From contig OZ076415.1 in NCBI GenBank assembly GCA_964187785.1, positions 46,500,001 through 46,564,000 on the forward strand: a stretch of DNA of 64,000 bases, read 5' to 3'. The DNA is from Amphiscolops sp. MND2022 (lineage: Eukaryota). Positions 1 through 12,550 of this stretch are shown here, piece after piece. Positions within the stretch are counted from its first letter, which is position 1, and every line of letters begins with the position of its first letter. The position numbers and the translations under genes were made by a program. The notes beneath the pieces were generated by a model. That model was not told the DNA's origin. It saw only the letters and a list, made by a program, of their open reading frames with translations, and searched no databases.

Positions 1-1910
1 TTCCAAATTTCTTCAAATAAAAGCAAGTAAAGCATTCACCCTTGCATCTGCGCGATGAGCCAGCTTGGTTATTTTCAAGGGAACTTCAGCAATTGCGATC
101 AAAATAAATGTATAGGGTAAAAATTATAAGATAGAAGCATTCTATCGTGCACGCATTGAATAGTAGAAGACAAACGCAACACGCTGCAAACTATGTATTA
201 TACATCTATAAACTACAGTCACTGTAGTACAGTGTAGAGTGTATGCACAGTGTATCAAAATTGGAATGAATCACACGTATAGTTATTAGCTGTGCTAATT
301 ACATGTAATTACCCACGCCGCGGTCTTTTGATCGCAATGACGATTCACATACATGTACATATGCTTGTCAAATGCAGTCAATGCATATGCAGTCAAGATT
401 TTAAAGTGTTCTCTTGTTATTAAAAGAATTTTTATAAAAAGAAAGGTTTAAAAAATGTTCTTTCGTAATGGGGAGCGGGAAATTTAATTTGACAGAAAAT
501 TAGAAGGTCTAAATCATGGCTGTCAGAAATATGCGGGTTTTTCCTCAAAATATGCAATTTAATGTCATTTAATATTGTGAAACATATGCAAACCTATGTA
601 TTCCATAATGACTAACATTATGGCTTTTCGTGTTAGCTTAGTTTTAAAACGTGTCCGTTCATTTAGTCAAGCTCAAAAACAACTGAAAAGAGGCATTTTT
701 CTTGGCTAGCTTGCATTAGATAGGTGATACAATTAGAGGTAAAAAATCAACTTTAGCGATGACAAAAACTTTGTCAAACAAAATACTTCACGCATATTCC
801 TGACAACCATGGTCTAATGCTTCAGAATCACTTCTAACGTGTAACATGGAAATTTCTGCTCCTATTTCCTTTTTTTGGAAGTTGGGCTTAATTGGGGAAG
901 TCATAAGTGAAATGAAATGTATCAAAAATCAAAAGCAGCTTTGTTAAAATGCAAATGAAAAACTCAAACAAACCGTAATTTAAAACTGCGAAGTTGGAAG
1001 TAAACAAGTGAAAGTATTGAAAAAGAGTTGATTATAAATACTGAATGAACTCGTCTGCTCCTATATTGCGGGACTTAATTGATTACGTACCAAATAACGT
1101 AAGAGCGATTAACATAAAAACGAGAACGTAAAAATGAAAAAAGTTTCAAGTAACAAAAATAAAACCAAAAATCTGGTTAAACAATCGAATTCAGAATATG
1201 TTATCTGTAATTTCCACACCTTTTTCAGTGAAACTTTTGAATTGCGAATTCTTTTGACTACTAAAACTAATTTCAATTTTATTTTGAGCGAAACTCATTT
1301 CAATTTTATGTTTTTGTTATTTGCTCTAATGTTATTTGGGAATTCACCACTTCAATTAAAATGAAATGAAAAGTCTAGCTGAATGAGAAATAGATTCAAT
1401 AAATAACACTGCTCTAGAACGAAACTCTTCTAAAATTCGAAGAGAGATATGGCTCCTAAAGCGCATTTTCGAATTTCAGCCAATCACAAGCGAGCATCAT
1501 CTAGCAAAGTTTGAATCGGTGAAATTTCATTTTTCCGTTTGAATGCCAACTTCAGTCCCGTCTAACTTTGATTGCCAATTTCCGTCCCGTCTAACTTCTG
1601 TAAATATTCACCTTTTCTTCAACCTCTTCTCCCTTCTGTACAGTTTCAACTTTTCTTCAACCTCTTCTCCCTTCTGCAAATTTTCGCTCCTCCCTCACTC
1701 TTGTAAATATCTCCCAATTCAGAATAGCATATCAGATTATTAGGTAAATTCCCAAATAAAATGAGAGCAAATGACCTAAAAACTAATTTAGTTTTAAGTT
1801 ACATGAAAATTAAATTAGTTTCTTTAAATACAAAAAATTTCGTGAGTTCGATTGCTTTCATGTTGTGTGAAACTATTCTAATTTTTATGTCTTAAGTATT
1901 TGCCCTTATG

Positions 1911-2357
1911 TTATTTGGTACGTGATCGAAGAAAATCGAATGAAAACATGAAATGCTCTTCCGTTTCCTGCGCCCGCATCTCCTCTTCGTCGTCATCGTC
2001 CTCGTCCTCCTCTTCCTCCCGCTCACGCTGCTGCTCCTCCGTCCCCGGTAACTCTCCCCCAGTCTTCAACTCTGTCTCCTGTTCTTCCCTCTCCTGCTCC
2101 TCAATATCCTCTTCCTCGTCTTCTTTCTCCTGCTCAAACTGCTCGACTGTACAAAGAAACTCTACCCCTGCTGCCTTCGTCCCAGTATATTGTTCTGCCA
2201 TCTCTTGCTCCTTCATTTCCTCCTCTTCTTCCTCGTCCCACTGCTGCTCCTCTTCATCCTTCCAAAATGTCTTGCCGCTGACTCGCCGTCCGATGTCTCG
2301 ACTACTGTCTCCTCGCCCCCTGTCCCCTCGCCCGCTGCCTCCTCCTCCCTCTCCCCT
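1911..2357 (-). CDS. Acidic (Glu/Asp-rich) low-complexity ORF with Gly/Arg-rich start; function unknown
   Basis: Minus-strand frame is open from the TGA at 2358-2360 to the stop at 1911 (RGEGGGGSGRGDRGRGD...DEEEEEEMKEQ...EEEEDEDDDDEEE). First ATG is at 2216. The block is GC-richer than its flanks; no recognisable domain. Confidence 0.35.
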   Translation of the reverse strand, partial: RGEGGGGSGRGDRGRGDSSRDIGRRVSGKTFWKDEEEQQWDEEEEEEMKEQEMAEQYTGTKAAGVEFLCTVEQFEQEKEDEEEDIEEQEREEQETELKTGGELPGTEEQQREREEEEDEDDDDEEEMRAQETEEHFMFSFDFLRSRTK

Positions 2358-2878
2358 TCACCCAACCGTAGACTAGTCAAAAACATTATTTCCCCTTACT
2401 ACAAACGCTTTTGAAACTTTTTAAAAGTTTTCTATTTAAAACTTGAATTTCATTTCGAAAAGTCGTTACAATATTGAAAACGGTCTAATTATTTAACACT
2501 ATCTTAATTTGTTCTTCGCTCATAGATATTTCCCCATTTTTAAGGTTTTTCCATCGAATTTTCCCTATACTTTTCACTAATGAGTTTTCGTTCGCATACT
2601 TTCATAATTTCGACCTCTTCAAACAATTAGAAATTTCCTAAAACAATTTTAAAATTTTAGAATTTAGGAAATCAATTAGTTAGTAAGGTAAATAGAAAAT
2701 TTTGTACAGTTTTTGCAGGGCTGTTAGAAAAACTTGGGGTGTTTAAGTCAAAGTTAAGCAGTTGTTTTTCAAATTAAAAATACACATTTGTATATTTGTA
2801 TATATCGACAGACAAATGCTGAAACTAAGAAAAAACTTACATTTTGCGCAAAAAAGCTGAGAAAATATTTTTTGTTGC

Positions 2879-3400
2879 ATGAGTTTGTTTCTGAAAAATA
2901 CTTTTTTGTTACATAAATTTGTTTTTGGAAAAGTACATTTTTCATTAGAAAAGTACATTAGAACACGTTTTAAAGGACGTTTGAAAGGAACATTCAAAAG
3001 TACTGTGCTTTGGTTGTCAGGCGAGACTGGCATCGGTAAGTCCAGAATTGCGAGACAAATACAAGAGGCAACTAGAAGTCATGCTTGGAGCTGTTACAGC
3101 AAATCAGGATCAAACAAGTGGTTTGACGGATATAGCGGAGACGAACTTGTCATTTGGGACGAACTGAATAAAGACTTCCCATTTACACTGCTACTCCAAA
3201 TACTGGACAGGTATGAACTACGAGTAGAGACGAAAGGCGGGTATAAAAACTTTAACCCAAAACTAATTATTATAACTACTAACTACTCCCCGGAAGAAAT
3301 TTACTGTGAAACTGATGAAAAACACATGAACGCTTTAAAACGTAGAATTAACCATTACATTCAATTTACAGGACCTATTTATACAGATTTAATCACTTGA
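2879..3400 (+). CDS. rep: SF3 helicase domain of a CRESS-DNA-virus (circovirus-like) Rep; HUH endonuclease half not found
   Basis: Walker A GETGIGKS, KWFDGY motif, Walker B VIWDEL, motif B (LLLQILDRYELRVETKGG), motif C IITTN and arginine finger ALKRRI, in the order typical of circovirus-like Reps. Homology begins at about 2950; the upstream sequence is AT-rich and intron-like. Confidence 0.85.
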   Translation: MSLFLKNTFLLHKFVFGKVHFSLEKYIRTRFKGRLKGTFKSTVLWLSGETGIGKSRIARQIQEATRSHAWSCYSKSGSNKWFDGYSGDELVIWDELNKDFPFTLLLQILDRYELRVETKGGYKNFNPKLIIITTNYSPEEIYCETDEKHMNALKRRINHYIQFTGPIYTDLIT

Positions 3401-3680
3401 CATTACAGTTAATCCAGTTTTTTTAATAGAATAATGATGAGACTTAGCCTCCCAATAAACTGTACCGAGAAATGTTTTGAAAATGTTTTGAAAGGTTTTT
3501 TTTGCAGCCCTGGTTCTTTGTTGCAAAATAGCTTGTAAATTTGATTTGTTTAGATTTCAAATTAGTAAAGCAGATTTCAAATTAGTTTGTAAATTACTTT
3601 GTATATTAATTAGTTTAAGTAAACAAGTTAGTTCTGTAAAAAAGTTAGTTTTTAGTTAGAAAACTTTATGTAGTTTTATA

Positions 3681-4028
3681 CCGTATTCCTTCGCATGCAG
3701 GCCGCGGAGATGCTCATATTATTTATCATGCAAGTTTTTGAGATTTCTGAAACTAGTGATGATGCTTCTGTCATACTACCTTTGATTGGTGAATACGTAA
3801 CATGACAAATGCCTATAAAATTTTCCTTGTTGGTTATACACTTTTGAATAACTCAAATACATGCTTGGGTTGCTAATCAGGGGAGGCCTACAAAAAAAAC
3901 TTTCAGGCTAAGTGCGGGCGGCTTTTCTAATTGGGTGCGGTTTTTTTCGATGGGCGGTTTTTATTCGGGGGCGGTTTTTATTCGGGGGCGGTTTTTATTC
4001 GGGGCGGTTTTTATTCGAAGTAATACGG
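3681..4028. mobile_element. Non-autonomous Tc1/mariner-superfamily (Tc2/pogo-like) MITE
   Basis: TIRs CCGTATTCCTTCG (3681) and CGAAGTAATACGG (ends 4028), 1 mismatch; TA on both sides (3679-80, 4029-30); subterminal tandem GGCGGTTTTTATTCGGG repeats at ~3950-4020. Confidence 0.8.
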
Positions 4029-4254
4029 TAACTTGATTTAGTTTGTAAATTTTGGTAAAGTAGTTAGTTTTTAGTCAGATTTTTTTGTAGTTTTGTAAAT
4101 CAATGTTGGCAAATTAATTTTTGAATCAGGTTTTGTACTTAGTTAATGTATCCACTCAGTTCTTGTATTTAATTAGTTATGTATTTAGTCCGAAATTGCT
4201 CTTAAGGACGGAAGTCAATTTTTTCCATGAAACTCAATGAGAGATAAAAATTAG

Positions 4255-4403
4255 GCCAACTTGCGAAATGTTCGACAAGTTGCACTGGATTATTTTTTGT
4301 TATTATTATTAACTTTTTAATAATTCTGCAACTTGGTTAATAATTTTTCAGGAAAGATGCAACTTGTCTTGATTATTAGCAATTTTAATGCAACTTGGCC
4401 CTG

Positions 4404-4405
<2 letters not shown>
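4255..4405. repeat. Cluster of (G)CAACTTG/CAAGTTGC motifs abutting an (ATT)n tract
   Basis: gccaacttgc, acaagttgca, tgcaacttgg, atgcaacttgtc and atgcaacttggccctgatt occur within 150 bp; the last runs into the ATT tract at 4404. Confidence 0.7.
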
Positions 4406-4466
<61 letters not shown>

Positions 4467-4470
<4 letters not shown>

Positions 4471-7093
4471 TTATACTACTCTCTATGGCAAAAAATCGAT
4501 AATTATACTACTCTCAATAGCACCACAAATACTCTCTGTGGTTCCAGCGAATTTTCGATGAAGTCAAATACTGCAAAGAAGCAATAATTAATTACTACAA
4601 AAGCCCAAAAACGCTTTCACCAATAGCAAGAACAACTTTTCATATTTTTCTGTTCGAGTCATGACGTTTTAAAACGGTTTTCAGACGCCCAAACATTTTC
4701 GATGTACCTTTTGTGAACTATCAGACTCGCTATGTCTAGCAAGCGGAACTGTCGGACGCGAATTGTAAACAAAATGGGAACACAAAATCGAACTAAACTC
4801 TCATTGGCTAATCGATATATCGTTGAAAGCAACTTCTCTCAACACTATTCCGATCGTGTGGTGGCCGTACAAGCTTGATATGCATCTACAAATATTATTA
4901 GACTCTCTGTGTAGAAAATTGAATTTAGGTTTATTATAAGACTTCCGTTGGGTAAATTGAAGTTACTATTGGAATTTTGTTGGCAAAGGTGATGAGTTTC
5001 CAACTACTCAAATCATCTTTTACTTTCAAATTGATAGCTGAAACTTCAGCGATAGCTACAAATTATTATAGCCAAATATAATTCTGCCCAAATTATAACT
5101 AAACTGTTTCAAACTTCGTAACTGACAAAGCCAACAATAGCTTCAAAGAAATTGTTTATAAAAAGTTGAACTTCAATATTTTCAATTGAGCCAAAAATTG
5201 ACATTTTATCTCTATTGTCTGCTTTTGTGAGTTCAAATTTCAATAACGCAATAATTCCCCAACCTGATTTTTTGAGTTTTCGAGAACGAGTATCGAGTTT
5301 TTTGATGAATTTCATTCTTTTTTGCGCAAAGTGACCAAACTTATCTTCTAGTTCATTTTGCGATTTCAGTCTCGTTTCGACGATATTGGGTAATTTCGTT
5401 GCATGGGGAGGTTGATACACGGTGTCTAAGTCAGTTGCCACAGCTCTAGAAGTTCGTTTTTGATTTAAGTCTATGTTTTCAGCTTTTTTCGTCTTTTTTT
5501 TATTTCTATTGAAAATGTCTTGGTTCTCCTCAGAATTCTTTGACAACAAAACAATAGGCTGCAGATCTATTGAGGCGCTTCGAGATGAATGTTTGTTGTC
5601 TCATATGCATATCTGACGCGTTTCTGCAAAAAAACACACTTTCCCGAGTTGACAAAAGTAATATAACGACGTTTTTTGTGAAATTTTGGACTATATAATT
5701 TCGGCATAAACACCAAACTGCTGATGTATTCCAGCTAGTTCGAGCAAATAAAAGCGTCAATGATGTATATAATAAAACTCCCTAATTGAGGAATTTATCA
5801 CAGCTTTCTAATCAGTAGTTTGCTTGCGACAGTTTCGAGAAATCAACCGTCAAAGTATCTTCAGATTTGTAGCTAATGCCACTGTGTGTCTCATAAATAT
5901 TGATCAGCACAAAAACCGAAAAACTGATTTTTCCTAACAATTCGAGAAAATAAAAGCGCCAATGATGTAGTATAATGAAGCTCCTCAATTGGGAAATTTA
6001 TCACAGCGTTCTATCAGTAGTTTGCTTGCGACAGTTTCTAGAAATCAACCGCAGCTACTGCCACAGTGTGTCTAATAAAAATTGATCAGCACAAAAACCG
6101 AAATGTGATTATTTTCCAACATTTCGAGAAAATAAAAGCCCCATTGATGTAGTATAATGAAGCTCCTGATTTGAGAAATTTATCACAGCGTTCGTTCAAT
6201 AGTTTGTTTGCGACAGTTTATAGAAATCGGGGGTCAAAGTTTGCTCAGATTTGTTGCTTATGCCACTGGAAGTCTGATAAAAAATTGATCATAATAAAAG
6301 TCATAAAGTGACAATACTTCATTTTGAGCCAGTCGATCAGTCTGGTTTTTTGAACAGGGTCTCACTGAGTTGTGGGAAATCATTTTCAATGATTGTTTTT
6401 TAGGATTTGTTCCGGATTCTGAGAACAAAAACAATTTTTCCTTTTTAGGTCTTTCCTCACGATTTCGATATTAAGTTTTTGAGGTTGAATTTTATTCGTT
6501 TGCTTGCTTTGTGGAAATAATTGGTGGTATCGAACGGAAAGTCATTCCAACGTTCAACTCAATGGGATAAAAGGTGTCATCTGAACCCTCTTCGTTAACG
6601 ATTTTAGTCCCAGTTTTGTCATCAGCACACCAATCTAATCGCTTTTGCCATGGGAAGTCCTATTGAAATTGATGTTGGTGTTGTGAGTAATTATGGTCGA
6701 ATCACTATTTTGATCAAATTTGTTTCAAAACGCTTGAAGAAGTTTAAATATACAACTGTTATGTGATCAGAACAATAAAAACAATTCTACAAAGTATTGA
6801 AATGACATCAGAACCCCATTGAACGAATAATCCTGGCCTGAATACTTATGACGTCACATGCCATAGAGTGTATAATTACGTAATGGTTATTCCTTTGTTA
6901 CGCTGATAGCAGCGAGCTGCGCATATGCATGCACTCTTAATTTTGGTAGGTAGTTAAATTGGTAATACTGCCGCTATCGTGGAAAATTCCTATAAAAGCA
7001 AATGTCCAAAACCACCTATGGCCAAGGGTAAATCGGCTCGCGGACTCTCTATGGTTCCAAAATTCTCGGTCGTTAATGCCATAGAAGAAATAA

Positions 7094-7096
<3 letters not shown>
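4467..7096. repeat. ~2.63 kb tandem unit, copy 1
   Basis: Starts ATATTTATACTACTCTCTATGGCA after (ATT)n 4404-4466 and ends ...TGCCATAGAAGAAATAATTG before (ATT)n. Contains three diverged ~170-200 bp subrepeats (~5745-6295) and minus-strand ORFs of 146 and 76 aa without recognisable domains. Confidence 0.95.
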
Positions 7097-7137
<41 letters not shown>

Positions 7138-7141
<4 letters not shown>

Positions 7142-9765
7142 TTATACTACTCTCTATGGCAAAAAATCGATAATTATACTACTCTCAATAGCACCACAAA
7201 TACTCTCTGTGGTTCCAGCGAATTTTCGATGAAGTCAAATACTGCAAAGAAGCAATAATTAATTACTACAAAAGCCCAAAAACGCTTTCACCAATAGCAA
7301 GAACAACTTTTCATATTTTTCTGTTCGAGTCATGACGTTTTAAAACGGTTTTCAGACGCCCAAACATTTTCGATGTACCTTTTGTGAACTATCAGACTCG
7401 CTATGTCTAGCAAGCGGAACTGTCGGACGCGAATTGTAAACAAAATGGGAACACAAAATCGAACTAAACTCTCATTGGCTAATCGATATATCGTTGAAAG
7501 CAACTTCTCTCAACACTATTCCGATCGTGTGGTGGCCGTACAAGCTTGATATGCATCTAAAAATATTATTAGACTCTCTAAGTAGAAAATTGAATTTAGG
7601 TTTATTATAAGACTTCCGTTGGGTAAATTGAAGTTACTATTGGAATTTTGTTGGCAAAGGTGATGAGTTTCCAACTACTCAAATCATCTTTTACTTTCAA
7701 ATTGATAGCTGAAACTTCAGCGATAGCTACAAATTATTATAGCCAAATATAATTCTGCCCAAATTATAACTAAACTGTTTCAAACTTCGTAACTGACAAA
7801 GCCAACAATAGCTTCAAAGAAATTGTTTATAAAAAGTTGAACTTCAATATTTTCAATTGAGCCAAAAATTGACATTTTATCTCTATTGTCTGCTTTTGTG
7901 AGTTCAAATTTCAATAACGCAATAATTCCCCAACCTGATTTTTTGAGTTTTCGAGAACGAGTATCGAGTTTTTTGATGAATTTCATTCTTTTTTGCGCAA
8001 AGTGACCAAACTTATCTTCTAGTTCATTTTGCGATTTCAGTCTCGTTTCGACGATATTGGGTAATTTCGTTGCATGGGGAGGTTGATACACGGTGTCTAA
8101 GTCAGTTGCCACAGCTCTAGAAGTTCGTTTTTGATTTAAGTCTATGTTTTCAGCTTTTTTCGTCTTTTTTTTTATTTCTATTGAAAATGTCTTGGTTCTC
8201 CTCAGAATTCTTTGACAACAAAACAATAGGCTGCAGATCTATTGAGGCGCTTCGAGATGAATGTTTGTTGTCTCAGATGCATATCTGACGCGTTTCTGCA
8301 AAAAAACACACTTTCCCGAGTTGACAAAAGTAATATAACGACGTTTTTTGTGAAATTTTGGACTATATAATTTCGGCATAAACACCAAACTGCTGATGTA
8401 TTCCAGCTAGTTCGAGCAAATAAAAGCGTCAATGATGTATATAATAAAACTCCCTAATTGAGGAATTTATCACAGCTTTCTAATCAGTAGTTTGCTTGCG
8501 ACAGTTTCGAGAAATCAACCGTCAAAGTATCTTCAGATTTGTAGCTAATGCCACTGTGTGTCTCATAAATATTGATCAGCACAAAAACCGAAAAACTGAT
8601 TTTTCCTAACAATTCGAGAAAATAAAAGCGCCAATGATGTAGTATAATGAAGCTCCTCAATTGGGAAATTTATCACAGCGTTCTATCAGTAGTTTGCTTG
8701 CGACAGTTTCTAGAAATCAACCGCAGCTACTGCCACAGTGTGTCTAATAAAAATTGATCAGCACAAAAACCGAAATGTGATTATTTTCCAACATTTCGAG
8801 AAAATAAAAGCCCCATTGATGTAGTATAATGAAGCTCCTGATTTGAGAAATTTATCACAGCGTTCGTTCAATAGTTTGTTTGCGACAGTTTATAGAAATC
8901 GGGGGTCAAAGTTTGCTCAGATTTGTTGCTTATGCCACTGGAAGTCTGATAAAAAATTGATCATAATAAAAGTCATAAAGTGACAATACTTCATTTTGAG
9001 CCAGTCGATCAGTCTGGTTTTTTGAACAGGGTCTCACTGAGTTGTGGGAAATCATTTTCAATGATTGTTTTTTAGGATTTGTTCCGGATTCTGAGAACAA
9101 AAACAATTTTTCCTTTTTAGGTCTTTCCTCACGATTTCGATATTAAGTTTTTGAGGTTGAATTTTATTCGTTTGCTTGCTTTGTGGAAATAATTGGTGGT
9201 ATCGAACGGAAAGTCATTCCAACGTTCAACTCAATGGGATAAAAGGTGTCATCTGAACCCTCTTCGTTAACGATTTTAGTCCCAGTTTTGTCATCAGCAC
9301 ACCAATCTAATCGCTTTTGCCATGGGAAGTCCTATTGAAATTGATGTTGGTGTTGTGAGTAATTATGGTCGAATCACTATTTTGATCAAATTTGTTTCAA
9401 AACGCTTGAAGAAGTTTAAATATACAACTGTTATGTGATCAGAACAATAAAAACAATTCTACAAAGTATTGAAATGACATCAGAACCCCATTGAACGAAT
9501 AATCCTGGCCTGAATACTTATGACGTCACATGCCATAGAGTGTATAATTACGTAATGGTTATTCCTTTGTTACGCTGATAGCAGCGAGCTGCGCATATGC
9601 ATGCACTCTTAATTTTGGTAGGTAGTTAAATTGGTAATACTGCCGCTATCGTGGAAAATTCCTATAAAAGCAAATGTCCAAAACCACCTATGGCCAAGGG
9701 TAAATCGGCTCGCGGACTCTCTATGGTTCCAAAATTCTCGGTCGTTAATGCCATAGAAGAAATAA

Positions 9766-9768
<3 letters not shown>
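7138..9768. repeat. ~2.63 kb tandem unit, copy 2
   Basis: Nearly identical to copy 1, with a few SNPs and a 1-bp homopolymer indel that changes the start of the ORF at 7780-8226. Bounded by (ATT)n at 7097-7137 and 9769-9800. Confidence 0.95.
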
Positions 9769-9800
<32 letters not shown>

Positions 9801-9804
<4 letters not shown>

Positions 9805-12427
9805 TTATACTACTCTCTATGGCAAAAAATCGATAATTATACTACTCTCAATAGCACCACAAATACTCTCTGTGGTTCCAGTGAACTTTCGATGAAGTCA
9901 AATACTGCAAAGAAGCAATAATTAATTACTACAAAAGCCCAAAAACGCTTTCACCAATAGCAAGAACAACTTTTCATATTTTTCCGTTCGAGTCATGACG
10001 TTTTAAAACGGTTTTCAGACGCCCAAACATTTTCGATGTACCTTTTGTGAACTATCAGACTCGCTATGTCTAGCAAGCGGAACTGTCGGACGCGAATTGT
10101 AAACAAAATGGGAACACAAAATCGAACTAAACTCTCATTGGCTAATCGATATATCGTTGAAAGCAACTTCTCTCAACACTATTCCGATCGTGTGGTGGCC
10201 GTACAAGCTTGATATGCATCTACAAATATTATTAGACTCTCAGTGTAGAAAATTGAATTTAGGTTTATTATAAGACTTCCGTTGGGTAAATTGAAGTTAC
10301 TATTGGAATTTTGTTGGCAAAGGTGATGAGTTTCCAACTACTCAAATCATCTTTTACTTTCAAATTGATAGCTGAAACTTCAGCGATAGCTACAAATTAT
10401 TATAGCCAAATATAATTCTGCCCAAATTATAACTAAACTGTTTCAAACTTCGTAACTGACAAAGCCAACAATAGCTTCAAAGAAATTGTTTATAAAAAGT
10501 TGAACTTCAATATTTTCAATTGAGCCAAAAATTGACATTTTATCTCTATTGTCTGCTTTTGTGAGTTCAAATTTCAATAACGCAATAATTCCCCAACCTG
10601 ATTTTTTGAGTTTTCCAGAACGAGTATCGAGTTTTTTGATGAATTTCATTCTTTTTTGCGCAAAGTGACCAAACTTATCTTCTAGTTCATTTTGCGATTT
10701 CAGTCTCGTTTCGACGATATTGGGTAATTTCGTTGCATGGGGAGGTTGATACACGGTGTCTAAGTCAGTTGCCACAGCTCTAGAAGTTCGTTTTTGATTT
10801 AAGTCTATGTTTTCAGCTTTTTTCGTCTTTTTTTTATTTCTATTGAAAATGTCTTGGTTCTCCTCAGAATTCTTTGACAACAAAACAATAGGCTGCAGAT
10901 CTATTGAGGCGCTTCGAGATGAATGTTTGTTGTCTCAGATGCATATCTGACGCGTTTCTGCAAAAAAACACACTTTCCCGAGTTGACAAAAGTAATATAA
11001 CGACGTTTTTTGTGAAATTTTGGACTATATAATTTCGGCATAAACACCAAACTGCTGATGTATTCCAGCTAGTTCGAGCAAATAAAAGCGTCAATGATGT
11101 ATATAATAAAACTCCCTAATTGAGGAATTTATCACAGCTTTCTAATCAGTAGTTTGCTTGCGACAGTTTCTAGAAATCAACCGTCAAAGTATCTTCAGAT
11201 TTGTAGCTAATGCCACTGTGTGTCTCATAAATATTGATCAGCACAAAAACCGAAAAACTGATTTTTCCTAACAATTCGAGAAAATAAAAGCGCCAATGAT
11301 GTAGTATAATGAAGCTCCTCAATTGGGAAATTTATCACAGCGTTCTATCAGTAGATTGCTTGCGACAGTTTCTAGAAATCAACCGCAGCTACTGCCACAG
11401 TGTGTCTAATAAAAATTGATCAGCACAAAAACCGAAATGTGATTATTTTCCAACATTTCGAGAAAATAAAAGCCCCATTGATGTAGTATAATGAAGCTCC
11501 TGATTTGAGAAATTTATCACAGCGTTCGTTCAATAGTTTGTTTGCGACAGTTTATAGAAATCGGGGGTCAAAGTTTGCTCAGATTTGTTGCTTATGCCAC
11601 TGGAAGTCTAATAAAAAATTGATCATAATAAAAGTCATAAAGTGACAATACTTCATTTTGAGCCAGTCGATCAGTCTGGTTTTTTGAACAGGGTCTCACT
11701 GAGTTGTGGGAAATCATTTTCAGTGATTGTTTTTTAGGATTTGTTCCGGATTCTGAGAACAAAAACAATTTTTCCTTTTTAGGTCTTTCCTCACGATTTC
11801 GATATTAAGTTTTTGAGGTTAAATTTTATTTGTTTGCTTGCTTTGTGGAAATAATTGGTGGTATCGAATGGAAAGTCATTTCAACGTTCAACTCAATGGG
11901 ATGAAAGGTGTCATCTGAACCCTCTTCGTTAACGATTTTAGTCCCAGTTTTGTCATCAGCACACCAATCTAAGCGCTTTTGCCATGGGAAGTCCTATTGA
12001 AATTGATGTTGGTGTTGTGAGTAATTATGGTCGAATCACTATTTTGATCAAATTTGTTTCAAAACGCTTGAAGAAGTTTAAATATACAACTGTTATGTGA
12101 TCAGAACAATAAAAACAATTCTACAAAGTATTGAAATGACATCAGAACCCCATTGAACGAATAATCCTGGCCTGAATACTTATGACGTCACATGCCATAG
12201 AGTGTATAATTACGTAATGGTTATTCCTTTGTTACGCTGATAGCAGCGAGCTGCGCATATGCATGCACTCTTAATTTTGGTAGGTAGTTAAATTGGTAAT
12301 ACTGCCGCTATCGTGGAAAATTCCTATAAAAGCAAATGTCCAAAACCACCTATGGCCAAGGGTAAATCGGCTCGCGGACTCTCTATGGTTCCAAAATTCT
12401 CGGTCGTTAATGCCATAGAAGAAATAA

Positions 12428-12430
<3 letters not shown>
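9801..12430. repeat. ~2.63 kb tandem unit, copy 3
   Basis: Nearly identical to copies 1 and 2, with private SNPs (e.g. ttttccagaacg versus ttttcgagaacg). Followed by (ATT)n 12431-12460. Confidence 0.95.
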
Positions 12431-12459
<29 letters not shown>

Positions 12460-12462
<3 letters not shown>

Positions 12463-12550
12463 ATCCGGGACAACTTGCCAGGGTGATTTCAAAATTAATC
12501 AGGACAACTTGCAAAATAAAGAGTGCAAGTTGGCATGCAAGTTGCCAACC
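12460..12550. repeat. Cluster of AATC(A/C)GG(G)ACAACTTGC / GCAAGTTG motifs; candidate left end of the YR element
   Basis: taatccgggacaacttgcc, aatcaggacaacttgc, tgcaagttggc and tgcaagttgcc immediately follow the last ATT tract. Confidence 0.65.

Noticed and set aside
1900-2414. Ser/Pro-rich plus-strand ORFs
   Set aside because: Antisense shadows of the purine-rich acidic minus-strand frame.
2400-2880. Circovirus-style ambisense genome with a stem-loop origin between Rep and the acidic ORF
   Set aside because: No NANTATTAC nonamer in a hairpin was found, and the minus ORF does not resemble a capsid beyond a short Arg-rich stretch in another frame.
5109-5760. 146-aa and 76-aa ORFs in each tandem unit as genes
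   Set aside because: They are conserved only because the units are near-identical; no domain is recognisable and a homopolymer indel changes the N-terminus in copy 2. Not called as CDS.
6979-7173. ORFs containing poly-Ile or poly-Asn (also 9651-9836, 12271-12492, 24688-24927)
   Set aside because: They are translations of (ATT)n microsatellites; run length varies between copies.
4467-12430. Tandem array as a pure assembly artefact
   Set aside because: Each copy has private SNPs/indels and a different ATT length, which argues for real copies; long reads are still needed to settle it.
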